Shown here: positions 20,164 to 24,000 of the stretch, one piece after another | Position numbering within the stretch: position 1 is the first letter of the stretch | Layout: each line of letters begins with the position of its first letter | Source: an uncultured Acidobacteriota bacterium | Lineage (GTDB): Bacteria > Acidobacteriota > Blastocatellia > Pyrinomonadales > Pyrinomonadaceae | Direction: 5' to 3' | NCBI GenBank assembly: GCA_963748155.1 | Contig: CAVVHV010000006.1 | Span: 562,648-586,647, forward strand | DNA: 24,000 nt | Made by a program: the position numbers and the translations under genes | Notes under the pieces: model-generated | Database searches by the model: none | What the model was told of the DNA's origin: nothing | What the model saw: only the letters and a program-made list of their open reading frames with translations

Positions 20164-20268
20164 GGGGTCAGTACCACCTGCGGTAGCGGGTGGGTGCGCA
20201 GCCATGCGGCGACTGCGCTGCTTGAGGGCTACGCACCCACCCGCTACCGCGGGTGGTACTGACCCGGT
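20164..20268. repeat. Intergenic inverted-repeat element, copy 2
   Basis: GGGGTCAGTACCACCTGCGGTAGCGGGTGGGTGCGCAGC ... CTTGAGGGCTACGCACCCACCCGCTACCGCGGGTGGTACTGACCC. Same arms as 13243-13395, shorter interior. Confidence 0.92.
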
Positions 20269-20295
20269 TCAGACGAAGTAAATAAGTAGTCTGGA

Positions 20296-21090
20296 CTACT
20301 GATCGGGCGTTATCTCATTGAGGTGCTTCGTTTGGCTGGGCGTGAGGATCTTGCGTGCGTCAAACAGGATTCCTGTATTCACCTCTATTTGTTCGGCAAT
20401 AATCGCAATCACCTCATCGCGGCGCTGGTTCACCGCAGCTTCGTCAAACTGCTCACTAAAAATCGCTTGCTCGAGAGCTTCACGGGCTGCTTTTTCCTTC
20501 TGGCTCAACGTCATCATCTTCGCCACGCGACTGTTAACCACAGTCCCCACTTGCGAATTCTGATCACTACTCAGGCCGATGTCAGAGAATTTTTCCGGGA
20601 GTTGCACAATCAATTGATAATCATTGCGCTCAAGCGGCAGTTCAGGACGAATGCGGGTTACCTGTTCGGAGGTGAGAACCTTGCGCATTGCTGTATGCAG
20701 TTCTATGTTGACCTGGACGCGTTTGGCATTGGCGGCAACTAATTCACCCTGACGTTGCTTTACGGCGCTTTCATCAAGTGCGTCATTCATGATCACCTTC
20801 GCCAAGGCGGTGAAGGCCCTGCGCTTTTCCTGCTCAGCACTTAACAAGTCGTCCTGAAATCTGCTGGGGACGGCCTGCAACTGAGCTTTCTGATCTGTTG
20901 AGAGAGCCAATAGCTTAGTGATGCGAGGCGGGAGGGTAATGACCAACCGAAATTTCGTGTTGTAGTCCTGGCGACCGGCCGCATTGGATGCAGCAGATTT
21001 GGAACTCTGTCCTTTAATAGCCGCAAATAAGAATACTGCGGCTAAAAACACCAGAGCCACGAGGTTGATTCCTAAGTACAATTGGTTCAT
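20296..21090 (-). CDS. Membrane-anchored periplasmic Spy/CpxP-like protein with two tandem domains
   Basis: N-terminal hydrophobic anchor LGINLVALVFLAAVFLFAA. Two internally similar segments: LPPRITKLLALSTDQKAQLQ...VQVNIELHTAMRKVLTSEQVTRI and LPEKFSDIGLSSDQNSQVG...IEVNTGILFDARKILTPSQTKHL, each ending in an LTxxQ-like motif. Confidence 0.6.
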   Translation of the reverse strand: MNQLYLGINLVALVFLAAVFLFAAIKGQSSKSAASNAAGRQDYNTKFRLVITLPPRITKLLALSTDQKAQLQAVPSRFQDDLLSAEQEKRRAFTALAKVIMNDALDESAVKQRQGELVAANAKRVQVNIELHTAMRKVLTSEQVTRIRPELPLERNDYQLIVQLPEKFSDIGLSSDQNSQVGTVVNSRVAKMMTLSQKEKAAREALEQAIFSEQFDEAAVNQRRDEVIAIIAEQIEVNTGILFDARKILTPSQTKHLNEITPDQ

Positions 21091-22766
21091 AAACTCCTCC
21101 CCTCGTTAAGGGTTTGATTGTTAGCGTAATCTGCATCTCCGGCAAAGCCGCCTGAGCTCCAAACCGAGCCCGGCAGGCTGTCAAAATAAATGTCGCAATT
21201 GCCATTGAGGAGGCGGACTTCGACCAAACCGGCTTCGCGAGCCACACTCAGGAAGCGCTGTGCCTCCTTAATCTGCGTTGCGTCCGGTGTATAGGCCAGG
21301 CCGAGGAGAAATTCGAGCCACGGCTCAAGTCCCATTGCGTACACATAAAGTCGTTCTGCGCCGACAGCTTCAAGCAGGCAAAGACCTCTGTTTGAATCAC
21401 ATCCTTTGTACCTGCGAGATTGATTTATGCTGTGCTTGGGTTGGCGCGGCAGGATTGAGCCGCTGGTCCATGTAAGCGGAGCTCCAACACACTCCATTCC
21501 TAAAAACACAGTATGAATTGGACCAAGCACACGCCGAAGGTTTCGATACATTTCCTGATCGAGACAATCGGAGTCGGCGGCGAACAAAATCCGATGTTGA
21601 CCTGCGCGCACGACGTAGGCCGTTTTTCCATGAGGTAAATCCGCGTGCTCTCCCAGAAACGGAATCCCGATGATCTCTCCATCAGAAACACTGATCGATT
21701 CGAGAGCATCGATTTCGATCACGCGCTTGAAGCCAATCGCCTGCGCACACAACTTGAGCGAAAGATCTCCATAGAACGTTCCGTTTGAGCGTGGGACAAC
21801 CAGACATCCGATTTTGTGACGCAACCGCAACAGCGACTCCACGCAGAAGTGATCGTGGTGCGCGTGTGTGACCAGGACATAATCGATCCGCGGCGGGAGG
21901 TTCTCATACGTCAACCGTTCTGTGTTCACCTCTGCCGGTCTCACGCCTAGACACGGATCAGTCAAAATCGTGACTCCATTCCACTCAATCAGGACACAAG
22001 CGTGGCCCACGTAGCGAATGCGAGGCTCCGTGCCCTTCCACGTCTCGTATTCGGGAAGCTCTTCCGTAGTCAACAAAGGTAATAAAGAACTCTCTGCTGA
22101 AGACGGCAAGCCAAATAGTTCGCGTATGTATCCCAATTCCTGCGAAGTGGTATCGAGCCGGCAGAGTTCATCCACCTGCTCACTCTCAAATGGAACACTC
22201 CAATGAATCTCCTCCGGCTGCGGAAGTCGCGGGGTATTCATGAAGAACGGCCGGCTGTCGTCGCGTTGCCGGAATATCCGGAACGACTGAAGCTGTTTCT
22301 TGTGGTAGCCACTCTGGTAAAGCAGTCCTTCGAAGAACCGAACGATGGGATGATCGTAGTAGTCGTAAACCAGCTCAACATATCCTCTCAGCTCAGGAGG
22401 CAATTTTTCATAATAGGAATCGAGGCTAAGCCCATCAGCCTGGCTCGAAAGCTGATTGTGAAAAGCGATGACACTCTCCGCAAATCGCAGATTGTCTGCC
22501 TGCTCGGCTTCCGTATTTCGCAAAAAGTCTTTGACCTCAGCCGCTCTCGCAGCGGGAATGTCCACCACCCTGCCGCTGCGCAGACGCAGATTCTGGCATG
22601 CTTCAGCGTGAGATTGCGGGCTATCCAGATAGGACCGTAACAAATTGCTCTGATAGTTCCGCAGGTGCAGACTGGAGACCACTGGCCCCAGCACGTTCGC
22701 CCATGCCACCCACTTATTAACTAACGGTTCGATCGCCGTACTCGCATTCAACCTATACATAGACAT
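21087..22766 (-). CDS. MBL-fold metallo-hydrolase with ~240-aa N-terminal extension
   Basis: YVGHACVLIEWNGVTILTDPCL, LVTHAHHDHFCVESLLRLR (HxHxDH), FLGEHADLPHGKTAYVVRAGQHRILFAADSDC, LGMECVG. Stop overlaps the start of the 20296-21090 CDS by 4 nt. Confidence 0.85.
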   Translation of the reverse strand: MSMYRLNASTAIEPLVNKWVAWANVLGPVVSSLHLRNYQSNLLRSYLDSPQSHAEACQNLRLRSGRVVDIPAARAAEVKDFLRNTEAEQADNLRFAESVIAFHNQLSSQADGLSLDSYYEKLPPELRGYVELVYDYYDHPIVRFFEGLLYQSGYHKKQLQSFRIFRQRDDSRPFFMNTPRLPQPEEIHWSVPFESEQVDELCRLDTTSQELGYIRELFGLPSSAESSLLPLLTTEELPEYETWKGTEPRIRYVGHACVLIEWNGVTILTDPCLGVRPAEVNTERLTYENLPPRIDYVLVTHAHHDHFCVESLLRLRHKIGCLVVPRSNGTFYGDLSLKLCAQAIGFKRVIEIDALESISVSDGEIIGIPFLGEHADLPHGKTAYVVRAGQHRILFAADSDCLDQEMYRNLRRVLGPIHTVFLGMECVGAPLTWTSGSILPRQPKHSINQSRRYKGCDSNRGLCLLEAVGAERLYVYAMGLEPWLEFLLGLAYTPDATQIKEAQRFLSVAREAGLVEVRLLNGNCDIYFDSLPGSVWSSGGFAGDADYANNQTLNEGRSL

Positions 22767-22845
22767 GTTCTTGCCGTCCTTTCATGTCCACGATCCTCTC
22801 CTTCGTTTTCCTTCGTCCTGGCTTTGCACAAAAAGTCCTGAAATC

Positions 22846-23054
22846 CCACCCACGGCAGTGGGTGGTTCATTCAAATACTTTCTACAAACTTAGATAGTGA
22901 CTTCGGAATCCCACCAACGGTAGTTGGTGGATTGTTCAGGTTCTTTCTAAAAAGGATTTGAAGTATCCACCCACTACCGTGGGTGGGATTACCGTTGGCC
23001 TTCAGGAGATGTCTATAGAAAGGATGTGAATGATCCACCCACTGCCGTGGGTGG
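22846..23054. repeat. Array of four 20-nt perfect hairpins (8-bp stems, 4-nt loops)
   Basis: CCACCCAC-GGCA-GTGGGTGG 22846-22865; CCACCAAC-GGTA-GTTGGTGG 22911-22930; CCACCCAC-TACC-GTGGGTGG 22967-22986; CCACCCAC-TGCC-GTGGGTGG 23035-23054. Flanks are also conserved in orientation-dependent form. Confidence 0.95.
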
Positions 23055-23093
23055 GATTTCAGAACTATTGCGCAAAGGGCTTCGTCCTTGATG

Positions 23094-24000
23094 TCAAGGC
23101 AAAGCTGCTTTCCCCATTAACTGCGGCTGAGCCTCATTGGCAAATACCTCATTTCCTTTCTCAATGCAGGCGCGCATCTGTTGGCCCAGAACCCGCACGT
23201 ATGGCTCTATAACTATCTGGCCGTGGTGGCCCGGAACACGATAGATTTCGACTCGGTTCCGGCGAGAGCACGCCCCAGCCCATAGCTGGATCACCAAATG
23301 ACGGATGTTCCTCCATATGCTTGTAATACTCGACACCCACGTCAGTACTGCGGAATAGCGTTATCCGGTCCGGATAAACTCGCGGCTCGTATTTCCGGAC
23401 TGCTCGCCCATGATATTGATAAATCCTCAGCTTCCGACGTGCTTGTTGTAGTCTTCTTGGGTCGCTACCGAAGAGTTGAGTAGCTCTCAACTGATCCACA
23501 ACAAACTCCAGTTGGGCCTCGGCATTTTGCTGTCTAAATTCCTCCAGGGTGAGGGAAAGGTTTTTTCCACTGGCCTCGGCTGCCTCAGTGGCCCAGGCAA
23601 AGAGCACAGCGTCAGGGTCATGAGCGCGCTCATTCTCTTCGCGGTGAAAACTTGGCGCTATCGTATCTATGATCGCCAGCAAAGATACTGTCTGGTTCTG
23701 GTTGTATAACTGCTGGGCTATTTCAAAGGCCACAAATCCGCCAAACGACAATCCCCCGATTACATATGGTCCTTCCTGTTGGATTGAACGAATCTCATCG
23801 ACATAACGCGCAGCCATCTCTTCAATGGTTGTGTAAGGCTCGCGCTCTCCGTAACTTCCCACGGCTTGTAATCCATAGAAGGGTCGATCAGGAACGAATT
23901 GCCGCGCCAGATCAACCAGAGGGAGCACGGAACCGCCCGCCGCATGAACACAGAAAACCGGTGCTTTGGATCCACGCTGCTGAAGTGGAACCAGCGGCGC
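23094..24000 (-). CDS. Thioesterase domain, probably the C-terminus of a nonribosomal peptide synthetase (partial, extends beyond window; frameshift near 3' end)
   Basis: Reading frame is open to position 24000 (APLVPLQQRGSKAPVFCVHAAGGSVLPLVDLARQF). YVIGGLSFGGFVAFEIAQQL (GxSxGG nucleophile motif), LLAIIDT. C-terminal VPGHHGQIVIEPYVRVLGQQMRACIE is in a different frame (ORF 23094..23336), implying indel(s) around 23260-23290. Confidence 0.85.

Noticed and set aside
19528-20262. 244-aa + strand ORF
   Set aside because: Antisense shadow of the ABC transporter extending into the intergenic inverted repeat; no recognisable motifs.
22203-22640. 145-aa + strand ORF
   Set aside because: Antisense to the MBL hydrolase N-terminal region, no motifs.
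22846-23054. Possible CRISPR array
   Set aside because: Only four units, each a self-contained palindrome with 4-nt loops, unequal spacing, opposite orientations of units 1-2 versus 3-4, and no cas genes in the window.
1-24000. tRNA/rRNA genes
   Set aside because: No tRNA cloverleaf-like or rRNA conserved segments were recognised by eye; a tRNAscan/Infernal run would be decisive.

Overview
The window looks like bacterial chromosomal DNA, possibly Acidobacteriota/Blastocatellia (inferred from gene content and repeat style only). It has four parts. (A) About 1.1-13.2 kb, + strand: a tightly packed operon with ATGA-type stop/start overlaps. It encodes a membrane fatty-acid desaturase, a CDP-archaeol synthase-like (CarS/DUF46) cytidylyltransferase, a PEP synthase/PPDK-like (rifampicin-phosphotransferase-like) enzyme, a UbiA-like prenyltransferase homologue, a Zn-ribbon SAM methyltransferase, a PlsC-like acyltransferase, a fatty acyl-AMP ligase-ACP-thioester reductase assembly, an APH/choline-kinase-like kinase and a CDP-alcohol phosphatidyltransferase. 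The AMP-ligase/ACP/thioester-reductase/acyltransferase content resembles the domains of ElbD from the myxobacterial ether-lipid pathway, so this is a candidate unusual glycerolipid/ether-lipid operon. (B) 13.4-15.5 kb, - strand: a single-polypeptide fusion of ethanolamine ammonia-lyase large and small subunits (EutB-EutC). (C) 16.06-18.1 kb: a secreted Cys-rich protein with EF-hand-like motifs, bracketed by two near-identical ~215 bp nested-palindrome repeats. (D) 18.4 kb to the window edge, - strand: the distal end of a nonribosomal-peptide-type locus with a thioesterase domain, an MBL-fold hydrolase with an extra N-terminal domain, a tandem-duplicated Spy/CpxP-like periplasmic protein and a cyclic-peptide-exporter-like ABC transporter, ending in a clear intrinsic terminator. 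Many genes in part A, and the thioesterase, are broken by apparent single-base frameshifts while their motifs remain intact, so assembly/read error is a serious possibility. Four dispersed palindromic repeat families occupy intergenic sites; one is a four-hairpin array showing compensatory stem changes and mirror-symmetric orientation.
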